Source: Trypethelium eluteriae
Lineage: Eukaryota
Assembly (NCBI GenBank): GCA_051942245.1
Contig: JAVECL010000072.1
Coordinates: 1 to 62,695, forward strand
Reading direction: 5' to 3'
DNA length: 62,695 bases
The position numbers were made by a program, and so were the translations under genes. Shown in pieces: positions 1-13,719 of this stretch. Below the pieces are notes generated by a model. It made no database searches and was not told the DNA's origin. It worked only from the letters and a program-made list of their open reading frames with translations. Positions within the stretch are counted from its first letter, which is position 1, and the number at the start of each line of letters is the position of its first letter.

Positions 1-3000
1 GAGGTGGGTTCGTGGGGGAGGAAGGTGGTGAGTATGGGATAGCGGGGGAGGAAGGAGCATTGGAACTGGTCATGATGGCGGGGCTGCCTGAGATCGAAGT
101 TCCAGGGCTCACGAGCGAGGTCGTAGGCGCTGTAGGATTGAGCGTAGGCGTGGTGGTCCATGGGATTGGCGACGAAACTGGTGCCGGAGTCGATCCTGGC
201 GCTGAGTTTGAGTAGGTTTGAAGCGCGGTTGGAGTTGGGCAGACTGCAGAGAATGGAGTTGTAGAACTGTCAACGACGACAGCTGAGGGGCCTAAGCTAA
301 TCGTATGCACCCCTGCTGTACCTGAGATTGTTTGAGGGACGCCCCCAGCTGTTAGAGTGGCGGTGCCAATGGTCAATGGCTGGCCGCTTAATGCTGTATA
401 CAAACCTCCGCCAACAGTAAAAGATGCACCGGTGATGACAGATGTCGTCACACTGCATACAGATGGCGTAGACGCGGGTACCGAAGAACCAAAAGAACCG
501 GTGCCGGGGGTTGTTGAGGTCGTTACAAAGGCGCTTGATGCGCTCATGCTCGGCGTAGAGTTTAAGCCCGGTGCAGTGCTTGCACCCGGAATGGTATTTG
601 CACCCAGAGTAGTGCTTGGGGTCAGACTACTGCCTGTTCCTAGTGTAGTACTGGTCTGCGACGCAGTATTGGCGCCTGGTGTAGTGCTTGAGCTGGGCGA
701 AGTGGCTGTACCTAGGCTATTATTTGTACCGGGTGTAGTGCTTGTGCTCGGCGTCGTGCTGACACTCGGTATTGTGCTTGCCCCAACACTAACGCTTGCG
801 CCTAGGCTACTACTTGTGCCTATTGAAGTGCTTGTATACGATGCAGTGCCAGTGCTCGACATCGTGCCTGCACTCGATCCGTTGGTTACACTCCATATGA
901 CAGTTACACCCGACGTGCTACTCATGCTGGACATCGGGGTAAGGCTTGATGTACTGCTCAGACCTGACGTACTGGTTGGGGCTGGAGTGCTGCTTGAGCC
1001 TGGAGTGCTGCTTGGGCCTGCAGTGCTGCTCGAGCCTAGTATACTGCTTGGAGCTGACGTACCGTTTAAAGCTGATGTGCTGCCTGGACCCGGCGTGCTG
1101 CTCGAACTTGGCGTGATGCTTAGACCTGGCACACTGCTCGAATTCGGCGTGCTGCTTGAAGCTAGTATGCTGCTTGGACTCGATGCGCTACCCGAACCTA
1201 ACGTGCCGCTCGAACCTAACGTACTACTCAGACCTGACGCGCTGCTCGGAATTGACATGCTGCTTGGAGCTAGCGTGCTGCTCAGGCTCGATGCACTACC
1301 TATACCTGACGTATTGGCCGAGCCTGTCGTACCGCCTGTGGATAGCGTACTACTCGTGCTCAGCATGCTGCCTGTGTTCGGTGTGCTGCTTGTGCTCGGG
1401 GTGTTGCTCATCCCAGGGGTGCTGCTCAGGCCTGATGTGCTGCTCGCACCTGGTATACTGCTCACGCTTGTACTTGATGTGACTGACGGGCTGTTGGTAA
1501 AACTGCTGCTAGGCAGACCAGTCGTATCGAGGGTACCACTAGTTGAAGCCGAAGAGCTCCCCACAGAACTAGCTACCAACGAAGTAGTGGTCGATAGAGA
1601 ACTAGGAGAAGATGTGTTAATGCTGACTGGACTTGTAGTACCTGTACCAGAGCTGGTCGAGCTTAGATTGACTGAAGAAGTGGGAATCGATGACAACGAC
1701 GTCGACAAAGAAGCTGTCCCTGAATTTGAGCTGCTGCCAATGATAATGCCTGAGGAAGAGGTAGAAGATGTAACGGAACCAGAAGTGCTACTGAGAGCGA
1801 TAGAGGTATAATTGCTGCCCGTAGACAAAACGCTACTCCCAAGGCTCGTCAAACTACCGAAATTGGTGCTGGAGGATACGGTAGAAGTTGACGAAGCACC
1901 TGGCACCGTAGAGGTAAGACTGCCCGTGATCGACGACATAACACTTCCGGTGCTGGTCAGGCCACTTGTACTGGGACTACTAGGTACTTGAGTGTTGGAG
2001 ATAGCATTGGAGGTAGGGCTGAAACTGTTTGAGCTCAAGCTAGTCGAAGGTAAATTTGTCGGGCCTACAGAGCTTATTGACCACGAGCTGTTACCTGCAG
2101 GACCTGCGGAGGTGATACTGGAGCTCACCGACTGGACACTCAGAGAACTTCCCTGAGTTGAAGGTGCAAGGGATACTGATTGACTGGAGCTGCTAGAGTT
2201 CAGGCTATTGGTACTTGTCGTTGGAGATACCGCCGCCAGTGTGCTAGAGCTCACAAACGAATTCGACGGACTTAGCGGTTGTGAACTTGTCGTGAGTGAG
2301 GATAATGGTATCGAGCTGGCAGAGACCGGTGTGGAGCTGCCGATCGAAGTAGTGCTAATTTGTCCGGAACTGGCCGAAGATGTGCTTGGCTTCATTCTGA
2401 ACGCGAAATTAACGCCGGGTTTTGGTCCAACATTCCCTTCGTCGGTCTTCATATAACAAGTTCCACCTTGCACTACGTATGAAACTGCTATACAGCTCAC
2501 TGTACCACTGCAAAGGTCGATGCAATCGTAGACTGAAGGCTGGCTTGTGACGTTTCCAAGGCCCGCGCCATTGCTGTCGTAGTCGCAGAGGAGAGTGTAA
2601 TTGTAGCCAAAAGAGTCAAGATATTGTGTGTTGTTGGCAGCGGGGCATGAAGTTGGGACAGGAACGTTTGAGGAGATTGGACTTGTGCTACTGCTGCTTG
2701 CTTGCAGAGATGCGCTGGTACTGATACTAGTAGAGACCGACGTTATGGACGTCATTGTACTACTTATAGTGCTTGTGGTGCCCTGCAAGCTGGAAGAGGT
2801 GGTTGATAAATTTGTCGATACCGAGTTCAGCTGAGATGCTGTGTTCGAGGTTGCAGAAGACGCTGTCAATGAGCTGGAACTACTGCTTTGCGGGACGGTG
2901 GCGGTGGTATTGCTCCAGGTAGTAGCAAAATCGATAGATGTAGGAAGGCTTGATGACGAGATGATGCTGCTACCCAAAGTTGAGGTAGTACTCACAGCGG

Positions 3001-5678
3001 AACTGCTCGAGGACGAAATTGTACTGCTGCTCAACGTTGAAGTACCGCTCAGCACAGAGACACTGCCTGAAGTGGAGGTGCTGCTTAGGGTCGAGGTACT
3101 CGAGGCTAATGAGCTGCTTGAGGACAATGTGCTGCTCGAGGATAATGTGCTGCTCGAGGTCGACATATTACTTAAAGTCGGAGTACTGCTCGAGGTCAAG
3201 GTACTGCTCACTGTCGTGGTGCTCGAGGCCAAAACGCTGCTCAGGGTTGAGGCACTGCTTGAAGTCGGCGTGCTGCTTGAGCTCCAGGTACTCCACGACA
3301 CTGTGTCGCTCCATGTTGAGGTATCGCTTGAGGTCGATGCGCCACTCCAGGTCCAGGTGCTCGGCGACACTGCACTGCTCAGTGATGAGGTAGTGCTTGA
3401 GGTGTAGGTACTACCTGTCGTCGAGGTGCTGCTGCTTATGGTCGAAGTGCTGCTCGAGGTCGAAGTGCTGCTTGCCATCGAGGCGCTACTTGTCGTCAAG
3501 GTACTGCTTGGGGTCGAGGTACTGCTTGAGGTCGAGGTGCTACTCGTTGTTGAGGTGCTGCTGGAGATCGAGGTGCTACTTATCGTCAAGGTAGTGCTTG
3601 AAGTCGAGGAACTGCTTAAGGTCGAGGTACTGCTTGAGATCGGGGAACTGCTTAAGGTCGAGGTGCTACTTGTCGTCGAGGTACTGCTTGGGTTCGAGGA
3701 ACTGCTTGAAGTCGAGGTGCTACTTGTCGTCGAGGTACTGCTTGAGATCGAGGTGCTTGAGGTCAACGTACTGCTCGAGGACCAAATACTCGAGGACACA
3801 GTGCTGCTCCATGTTGAAGTACTGCTCAGAGAAGAGCTCGAACTCGAACTGGAGAGCGAAGGGGAACAGCTTCCCCCAAACTTGCTCGATAAGATGGCAA
3901 AGTTCACATTCGAATTCGAGTTGATTGTGCCTTGATCGCTCTTCTGGTAGCAGGTACCACCTGGCTGATTTGCTGGCGTATACGAAACTGCAACACACCC
4001 GGGCGAGCCTGTACAATTCGATACACAAGCCGCAAAGTTTGCCTGCGACGTCACTAAACCCATTCCGCTACCATCGCTATCTTTGCTGCACAAGACTACA
4101 TAAGCCGTGTCTGAAGAGTCGGTATATGTAGTGCAGTTGGCATCAGGGCAAGTAATCGAGGATCCGGTCGCACTGGCCGCGCTAGAGGTAGAAGACGTGC
4201 TTGAGGAAGGCGTTGAACTTGAGCTTGTAGCTGTTATTGATACACTGCTGCTGGAACTCGACACGGGGCAGTAGTAAATGTCAATGGTGCCGAACCCTCC
4301 GCATTGTTCAAAAGGGTTGCCTGAACACGCGTAGGTCCGGTCAGAGCAGGTGAGACCTTGAGAATTGCCGGGCTGAACGAGGGCGTGTGGAGGCTGGATA
4401 GAGTAATCGCAATAGCATTCTTGGCCATATTCGACGCCGAAGTATGTGTAGCCTCCGCCCCTACAGGCAATTCCACATTCTTCAATTGTCATGTTAGCTG
4501 TAGAAAGTTGATTTTGTCGATACTGTAAAGTCCTTCCGCCTCCGTTGTCGTCATAACACCCCTGGAACGTGCAATTTTCCGCGGTCGCTGGAACAGTAGG
4601 TGTTGGAGTATGGGTAGCTGTTATTGTGCCGCCAGGTGTATGTGGATTCGTGTTGCAGTCCCCATCGACACATTCTGGTATAGTACTTGTATAGCTCGTA
4701 GTATGACCAGCACTGTCAGTGGTCACAACGAAGCTGTACGTAGTCGCAGTTGTGATCGGCCCATAATAGGTATACGAACTCGTGGAACCAGCCGCATTGA
4801 CAGTCTGCACCGCAGTCGCTGGGCCATTGTAAGTGCAAGTTGCAGTCTGTGTAGGGGGAGTGTATGGCGGTGCATTGAGCTCATAAAGCCCACCGCGGTA
4901 CCAGCCACCGCAAGCTTCGGCCAGATTTCCTGGACAGCACATGTAGCATTCGGCTTGGCAAGGTACCGAGTATGAGCCTGAGTTGATTGTGTTTCCGCAG
5001 AGACATTGGTTTGCATCTTCCACTGCAAAATAAGTGTAGCCACTGCAGAAATCTGCGCACAATTCTACGGTGTTTGTGTAGTTCTGGAAACTTGGACCAT
5101 CCAAAAGCAAGTTGGGATAGCCTTGGTCGAGAAAGCAACCAATGTAAGCGTAATTTCCCGCTTGAGGCACGACTTGCGAGTCAGTCACATAATCGTAGCT
5201 TCCTGTGTCGGATGGTGCAGCGGCCGTGGTTGTTTGGCCTGGCTTCGAATACATATCCAAAGTATTCGCGCCTCCACAAAATTCCTGGATCTGTGTCAAT
5301 TTTGTCACGCAAGGCATCCAGTGGACTCACCGAATGATCTCCAAAGCAGCTATATGTGTTGTCTGTGCAGGACAATCCAGACTCAGTAAGAACTTCATGA
5401 CTGTAAGGGTCTACAGTATCTCCACATTGACATGTATTTCCATTCTCGACACCCATGTAATTGTAGCCTTGGCAGTAAGAAGCACAGTATTCAACTGTCA
5501 TATTAGCGGTTGTGAGATACCGTCCTTGGAGCGCTCTCGTTGCGACATCGTTGTAGCAGCCGAACCAGCTGAATCCATATCCAGGATTGACCACTGTCCT
5601 TTGCGCGGATGCTGAATGGAAACTTGAAAAGAAGGCAAAGAAAGGAGTGAACGCAGCAATGGCAATGCGGAATTTCAT
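1..5678 (-). CDS. Large secreted/cell-surface WSC-domain, Ser/Thr-rich mucin-like protein (3 WSC + 2 Cys-rich apple/PAN-like modules); 3' end lies beyond the window
   Basis: ATG 5678 with signal peptide MKFRIAIAAFTPFFAFFSSFHSASAQ. Intron 5330-5285 (GTGAGT..CAG) joins ..CFGDHS|EFCGGANTLDMY. Three WSC motifs (GCY/F..MTVEYC..YFGVE.G..C.C..CGG). The exon-2 frame appears open to base 1, which explains its absence from the ORF track. Over 1,850 aa. Confidence 0.9.
560..1480 (-). repeat. Degenerate 18-nt (6-aa) coding tandem repeat, SSTPG/SST-type
   Basis: Recurrent GTGCTGCT(C/T)G units on the + strand at ~18-nt spacing. They give Ser/Thr/Pro/Gly repeats on the - strand and the Leu/Val-rich antisense ORF on the + strand. 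Confidence 0.8.
3000..3830 (-). repeat. 18-nt (6-aa) coding tandem repeat, SSTSTS/SSTSTL type
   Basis: Many near-identical GTCGAGGT(A/G)CT(G/A)CTTGAG-like units on the + strand. Confidence 0.85.
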
Positions 5679-6965
5679 CTTGAGGAGTCCTTAAAGATAG
5701 AATAAGGCTCCTTGAATTCGACGTGAAGAAAAAGAAAAAAGAGTCCACAAGACAGCGGAAGCTGAAGTCTTGTATATAAGAGACTTGCTGATAAGGCAGG
5801 ATATCTAAATTGAAAAAACTTCACATCTTTGTACCCCTTGGTCGGCCAGGCAGCCCGGCATTCCAGGCACCTCCCAAGGGGCATGGTTGCATACCCTGAC
5901 GCGTCCGTGGCAACGCGACATTTGTCAAGTTCAAATTGAATATCGAAATATTAATTGAATGCATTTAATTTGAGTTGGAAGGAGAGTGAGACATGCGACA
6001 GTGTACGAAGAAGAGTACAGGTCTTTAGGCCCCAAATATCAACTGGTCAGCAACCACCCACCGGCATATGAAGGCATTTAAGTATGCAAAAGCAAAGCTT
6101 ATCATTGTCAAGCACCAGAGGCTCTTTCTGACGTTGTGTGGGATCACTGAGACCATTCTGGTGAGTGTCAAGAGTCGCGTTTGTCATTCAAGGGGGATGC
6201 GGAGACTCGATCGCGTGACTAAGCGAAAGCAAAAGGCAGTGCCATCAGCCTTGAGTGCAGTGAATGTTCGCAATTTCCTGACATTGGGAAGATAACGTAA
6301 GGTACCTATCTATATACTCCGTATATTCAACAGGGAGCATGAATGATCATGCTCTTGAAGACCGAGAATAAGGGTTGACTGCTATATCTGGTCAACAGGA
6401 GAGGTCCGTTTACAATTAGTGAAATCTTCAGAGTATCAAGCCCATAGAAAAAAGGACCCCAATCAGCGATCTGCCATCACTTAAACCGAACTGATTGCGA
6501 CGCTTCAAATTCTCGCTTGAGCAATGCATACAAGAAAGCTATGTCTATTTCACCCGCCAGAGCCTTCAGAAGGAGTTGAGAACACAACGCCGTGTTTCTT
6601 TCCCAAGCTTCACTACTCTCAAAAGAAATAATATGGTCACCATTCCTCCAAGATCCCCTTCTTTTTCAAGGCCATCCATGCATGCATCTGAGTCTTAACC
6701 CTCAAGAACTGAGTATGTAATAGCCAAAAAAGTCAGACGGAGAGAGCCAAAGAGCGAGGAAGAAGCTATAGTAATGATCGTGCAAAACTGGAAGACCCGA
6801 ATTGATCCACTGTCTAACCAAACTTTGTAGACGCCCAAACACCCAACATGGTCAAAGAGAGAATTCGCTGAAAAGACCAAGGGAAAGTATGTACACTCAT
6901 CTCCGTCGTATCAACACATCGTGTAGCCCATCACCCAGCCCCAGACTCCATCGCCATCTTCATCA

Positions 6966-9900
6966 TCATATCGCCTGTCCAGGCGGTAAATACTCCCTAC
7001 CCCTCTGTCCCATCGGATCCGGCGTATGATCCCGACTCCGTCCGGTTCCCTCCGCCGCAGTCCGTCCCTGACCTTGGCTGCTGACTCCCGAGTACGAGCT
7101 TTCCATTCTCGTAAGCAGCGCCGCGCTCGTGAAGTCACGACTCTGCTCGAAGCTCGGCCGTACCCGGTCCATGCTCTGGCGCATGCGGTCGAAGCTGGGG
7201 CGGGGACGGTCCCACACGGGACTGTTGAGGGATTGCCGGTTTGAGTTCGTGCCGGCTTGGCTGTAGTATGACTCCCGATCACGTGGGATTGCGGATGCTG
7301 GTTGAGCACTATTATAGTATGAGTCCCGATCGTGGGGGCCGGCGGAGAGGATGTTGTTGGAGGTGGTGCGTTCGATCGGAGAAGGTCCAAGAACGGAGCC
7401 GGCGGTGTAGTTGGTGCCATCGGAGCCATTATTGCTCCGTGGGTTGTGCGTAGTGGCGGTTGGCGCGGTGGAAGGCGGGTACATGGGGCGGCGGTCGTCA
7501 TCAGGGCTATAGGGAGTGGCGCCGTTCAATTTGCCTGATTTGGAGATATCTGAAAAGGACGTTGTGTCGGATTCCTTTTCTGGAGGAGGCGGTGCGAGCT
7601 CGTCGGCGTCTTTCAGGTAGTCGAACTTGCCTTGGCGATACTGTTCCCGCACGATGTCCACGTCGCGCGGTCTGAACATTTTTTGGAAGCTCTTGAGAGC
7701 GAAATGAGGAAGCAGAGCCATGATCATTGTTAGGAAAATCGCGGTCCAGAAACTGAGCTGGCCATAGACTTCAGGCGCAGCTCTGTAGAAGGTGAAGCCT
7801 GCAGTAAAAGCAGTGTAGACACCGGTCCAGAAGAAAATGAGTAGGCCGGAAATGACTGTAATGAGAACCATGAGCCAATCCCAGCGATAGGTATTCATGA
7901 GTATGTAGACATTAACCACCACAACAGCAGGCGTTGCAATGTAAACGCCGAACCGCCTGCCGTCATTGATGTCTCGACCGTCGAAGGTAACAAAATTCGC
8001 TTTGTAGAAGACCAGATAGGCCATGAACATACAAACGACTGATTGATAGGTGCCATCAAGCATATAGAGCCTGCAAGGATTAGCATACAGAGAGCGGGAA
8101 ATCACGATGAATACTCACCAGAATTTAGTCATCGTCCATTCGAGACGTTCAATGCCTCTCCTATAAAGTTGGGGCACTGCGAGAGATACTTTGTCTGGAA
8201 CATCTTGATCCAAAATACCCATAAGTATAATCGGTAATGATGTGAAGGCGAGGTTGTAAAGGAGAATGTATGAATAGTCGACTGGATAGGCGCAGTCAAA
8301 ATTCGCATAAATTTGATACCAGAAGATCCACAATGTCCAGACCATGTTCTGCAACAATGTGTCAGTGCGCAACTCACAGGAGAGTGGTAAGGATGTGAGC
8401 TTACCTTGTAAAAGAAATTAGCAACTGTTTCCGCAAGTCGGACATAAGACCACCGGCCATGAACAAGGACAAGCCGTGTGAGGAATCGAAATTGGGCAAT
8501 TCCGTAGTCCGAAGACATCACAGCCTGCCTTCCTTCTTCGCCAGCAATGCCAACACCGATATGCGCTTCTTGAATCATGGCAACATCATTCGCACCGTCA
8601 CCGATTGAGAGTGTAAGGACATCGAGTCCAGTCTTGACAAGTTGCACAACGGCTGCCTTCTGACTTGGGCTCACCCGACAGCAAAGAACAGCTCGGCATT
8701 GCTTGCAAAGGAGGAGAAACTTCCTTCTCAGTCGATCGTCCAAAACCAGTCTTAGAGAGTCGCCATCAATGACGATGGCGTGCGTTGGCTCAGGAGGTTC
8801 ATGGTTTTTCCTTGCTGCCTTCAGCTCTTCCTCTGAGCCAGTCATTTTGAAGAGTGCTAGTTGTTTATCCAACTGAGCTTCTGCTTCATCCATATCTCCG
8901 TCCGTGATCTTGAAGACAAGGAGATCCATATCATTGTCGAGCAGGTTACACGAGAAGCCTATGTTGATGGCAGTCTCGACTCTGTCACCAGTCAAGACCC
9001 AAAGCTTAATTCCCGCTTTCCCAAGGAGTTGGATTGAATCAGGTACACCATCCTGCAGTCGATCTTCAATAGCAGTACCGCCAAGGAGCATCAAATCTTG
9101 TTCAATCTCATCAGCTACTTCATCCAGCTTGTCTTCTCGATTCTCGACCGAGTTTGCCGCTGCGTCGTGCTTCCGGTTCCAAACGTGATACTCTTCTTCG
9201 GTGAGCTCCCTTTGAGCTATGCAGAGGGTGCGTAAACCTTCTCGGGCAAACATCTCGAGATGATCGGCAGTGGTCTTCCGAAGCTCTGTCTGCTCACCGC
9301 GTTTCAACCTGGAGTAAATGACACTGTCCGCTCCTTTGCAGAACAGCATGATTCTACCATCAGGCATCCTCATGATTGCACTCATGCGTTTCCTCGCGGA
9401 ATTGAACTCAAGGATGTTCATCACAATGAACTCCTCCTCGTGCCCATGAATGCTCACGATGATTCCATCCTGCGTACGGCCAAGTGCAGTGAACCCGCAA
9501 TCTCGTGCCGTAGCTACGAGTGCAGCCTCATCTGGAGATTGAGCTTTGAACTCAATCTTTGGTGGATCACCTGGAGTCCTTTCAGTAATAACTGTGTGAC
9601 AAAGTGCCAGGGTAAGCATGAATTGATAGTTAGCTGCCTTTTGCTCATCTCCTGCTTCCCCAGCGAGGTCAGAGATGAAGTCTGGAGCAACAAATGTGAG
9701 TAGATCATCCTTGAGATAGGGGTTCGGATGCATCCTCTTGATGTCAGTAAGCATCCGTTCTCTGTCTTGGGCAATCTGGTCCTTAGCTTTGGCAGCTTCT
9801 TCCTCAACATTGACACCTTGACGTTTTCGCATTCCGGCTTGCGCTTCGGTGTAAGCCTCCCCATATGGAACTCCGTTTATAGTACATTTCTTGAACTCCA

Positions 9901-11894
9901 TTACATTTTGGGTCAAAGTTCCTGTCTTGTCGGAGAAAATGTACTCAATCTGTCCCAAATCGTCCGAGATATTCCAAGACTTGGGAGTGCAAGGGTAGTC
10001 GAGTTTGGCGTAGTACATGCTCGTGTCGCTGTAAATGAAAAATGCCTGAGCGGATCGAACGATTTCCAAGGATATGTAGAGCGAGATCGGGACCAAGTTC
10101 TGGAAAAGAATGACTGCGGCGAAGAAAGTGATGAATCCATCAAGGGCAGGAATGCTGCTATAGTTTGTCTTCCCATTTGTTCCACGTTCGAAGTACTGGA
10201 GAGAAGCGTTTGATTTGCCCCAACTGGACCCCTCAACGATAGCACAGATGAGACACATGAAGAAGAGAATGACGAAGTTATAAATGACGTTCCAGTTAAG
10301 ATCTTTGGCAATCTTGGCGCGTTTGCTTGGCGTAATTCCCGAGTTGAGCATGATTTTTGTCTCCTCACCAGTGAACACTACTATCCCAAGAACCCATTCA
10401 GTATTTTTCAGAGTACAACCACGAAGGAGCATGTTATTGATAGAGATTGGTTCCGCCATGTCTGTGCCAGGCGATTCAGGATCTTTTGGGTTTCGGTGCG
10501 TCCATCTCGCGACAGCCGTGTAGGAATACAGGTTCGCGTGTGGTGGTTCGCTTTCGACGATAAAATCGGAGCGCTCGCAGTCTCTCGCATGCTTGACATT
10601 TCGACCAGCATAGAGGGCTTCCCGGACTTTGAGATTGGTTTCCCCGTCCAAGTTCTTAGTCTGCACATAACAAGCCCCATCAGGATCTGAGGTAGAAAGG
10701 ACCACTATGTCTGCTGGTATTTCCTCATCATTGTACAGACGCACAAAGTCACCAACTTGGACACTCTTCCAGTAGTCTTTCTTAAAGCGAGCCTTTCCTG
10801 GCGTTTGCTTGAAAGGGTTGATAAAGCTACCGCGGAATTTCCGGAATCCGGGCGCCTCGCCCTCAGGGGCGCGCAGTTCACGAGACTGGGTGTCTTCATA
10901 GTCTGTCGCAAATGGATCCTCGGTCGCCTTATCATGCTTTGGTTCTTGGCCCGGTTGAGGTGAAGGCACGGGCGTCATTTGAATTCCACCTTGATCATGG
11001 TTTGCGGTGTAGTTTGATTGGACAGACTTTCGCCGAGAGTCGGTGGATGGTCTTCCTGTTTCTATCGAGCCCCGATTTGTATCTGTTGCTCTCTCAGCAT
11101 AGGTCTTGCCCTTTGTCCCTTTCTGTTCTTTCCGTCCCTTCCACCATCTCCATATGGCGAGGACAGCTCTTGTATTAGCTTTCTTGAATTTTCGCCATGG
11201 TGATATCTTCTCTTCCGCCGTGTTCACGTTGTTCCAATCCACTAGTCTGTGCACCGGAGCATTGTTGAGTTCGTTATCAAGGACCGTCCTTCTCCAATCT
11301 TCGACACCGTCCTTGATTGCGGTCACGAGTAGAATGACAATTAGTGGAACAGCACTCAATCCTGGATTCGTGGCTCCAAAGATGGGGAAAATCTGCGCAA
11401 AAACTTCATGAGCAAGATGTCGGAAGAATTTTGAGGGTAACTACGAGACAAACCTGAAGTATTACAATGAATAGGAAATAAATATTGGCGATGTTGTGGA
11501 ACTGAAAGTACAAGTTTTTCGGCACAAAACTCAAAGGCGTATATTTCGCAGTCCGGATCTTGTTTCGCACGAAATGGATGAGAGGATAGCCCTCCTCGTC
11601 CCTGGCATCGTCGGGAAGAGGAATGTTGAAAAATATCCTTCGTCCAGATTTTCGATCACCGTCATTCCCATCATCGGTGGCTTGTTCTTCTTGATTCGTA
11701 CCCTGCTCCACGTCTGGGTGCTGTGCCTTTTCTCTGGATCCAACCCGCATGTGTAATCGATGCGCAATCGATTTTCTCTTCTTGCTCGCTTTTCGAGCAG
11801 GTTGTCGTTGAGTTGCCCATCTTATCCTTTTTATAGGATTCGAAGTAATTGCGGCCGCCGGCTCGCTCTCTCCCACGCGTGGTTGTTCAGGCAT
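6966..11894 (-). CDS. DNF1: P4-type ATPase phospholipid flippase (Dnf1/Dnf2 family), 4 exons
   Basis: Motifs NKIRTAKYT, DGETNLK, DKTGTLT, GDGAND. Introns 11453-11393, 8404-8349 and 8118-8071 are all GT-AG and frame-consistent. DNF1 versus DNF2 cannot be distinguished. Confidence 0.95.
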
Positions 11895-13719
11895 TGCGAC
11901 CGTGAAGTGGGCTGAACGGGGGTCGTATGATCGCAGCCCTGTGGGTTCACAAGTGGGACTGCGGCATCAGCCGGAATGGCTGCAGCCCCCTCAACTCAAA
12001 TCCCGCGCCAGTATAGATGATCTTGGTAGAGCGTACAGATGCGGCGAGCGAATGTAGAGCAGGTGGAGGGATCGAGGCAATAGAGGTAGGCCGGGACAGA
12101 GGAATCGATGGTGATGTTGTCGAATTGCAAGGGTGGAGCCCTAGTCGGCTAGTCGGCCGTTGCTGGTGAAATCTCCGGGCTACGGCGGAAGGTGCTGAGG
12201 AGCTGCAACACGAGTAGATCTAAGATTCGCAATCTCGCAGTAATAATCCGGTCTACGAACGAAGGACTGGAGAAGGCTGGAATAGAGCAGAGATCGTGTA
12301 CTCTCCCGGTGAGTGCAAATTCAAGGCGATTGATGCCAGTCACCGGCTGAAGACAGTGTTGGCTCCCCCAGTCTTGGCTCCGCGAGTGCTGACAAAACCA
12401 CCAAACGATGGTACTACCGTAATGGGGGTAGGCGGGCAGCTGCAACGTATCGTATTTAATACCTGGTGGCCGGACGAGGTGAACCCGAGCACCAGTGTCG
12501 TCTAACCATGCACCACGACTAGGTGCCCATCTAAAGCCTGAGTCAATTTACCCAAAGTCTGATGTTTTGCGCCCTTCGAGCAAAATGCAGCCTTGCCTAT
12601 TATTATTGCTTGAGTCTAAATATGATGGGGGCGAGGTCAACATAGCCTTAGAAGTCGACGACTCCAGCGTTCGCTACTATTGATCACCTTTTGCCGAGAG
12701 CTTACAGAGTTACACACCGGTGCCTCGTACCAACACCTACCAAGTATGGTCACGCTGACTGAGGCTGAAATCATCTTTGCGATTATCTCAGCAAGGACCT
12801 GGCGTATTATTGAAATAGCTGGCAGCGCTGCTTCAGTCCGCGAGACCAAACCTTGGGTGAATTTTCAAACTTGATAGTCCTCACCTTGCAGGACTGCATG
12901 AACCGTCCACAAAAATTCGGACAATGCAGGGACGAGGATTGTCAGTGCTACTCATCTCGCACCCCGAACTCGCCAATGAGGTGGGATGGTGATCGAATTT
13001 GTTTCCAAAACAACTTCACGGACGAATAGAATCAGGTGCAACAACGCCGTTCGGAAATTCTCTTCCCATCTTTGAAACGCAAAGGTCCACTGCACTGCAA
13101 CACCCGCATGCTTCGTCCCACAACGTCAGAAAACTTGATGCATCAGCTTGAAAAGGCGAGACAGTACAGCAGGTCGATAGAAGCAGATTGGCATCCTCCC
13201 ATAGAGTACACTAGTTATAGCTGAATAAGTGGGTAGTAAGGTGCCTCTGAGGAATAGGAAAGAGTACGTTTGATCAGATACTGTAGATCGGGGAAGAATT
13301 GACGAAGCATTGCAACCTTGGCCACAACGCTGAGTGAAAGGTGTTCCTTAATTATTCTTCTCGATTCTTCAGATTCTCACTCTTCTGTCATATTCTTAGA
13401 AGGATTCAGCTTTGCTACTGAGAAGGGGCACAGGAGATCAGCTAGAACATGGTATGCGTCGTTGGGGGGCCAAGGTAATCTGAGACGGACGGTAAGCCGG
13501 TCCGAGATGGGCGCTTTCTAATTCCGGGCCCGAAGAGCTGCAGGTGGAAACCTTAAGCGTGCGTTCATCACGTGCTTTCGTGTTTGAACCGCCGGCGGAC
13601 GCATTCACGAGCCTCAATGACGACGAAGTCGCTCCACTTATACGCGACCTACAAGCTATGTCTCGGACTAAGATCGTCGAATAAGCATCTGTAACTATGC
13701 TGATAGGCTCGAGCTTTCA

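Noticed and set aside
357..3935. Long Leu/Val/Glu-rich and Cys/Arg-rich plus-strand ORFs (357-1811, 2841-3407, 3426-3935 etc.)
   Set aside because: Antisense shadows of the Ser/Thr repeats of the minus-strand WSC protein
12100..13550. Short ORFs between the flippase and the Nse6-like gene
   Set aside because: No coherent exon chain or motif; treated as divergent promoter/UTR
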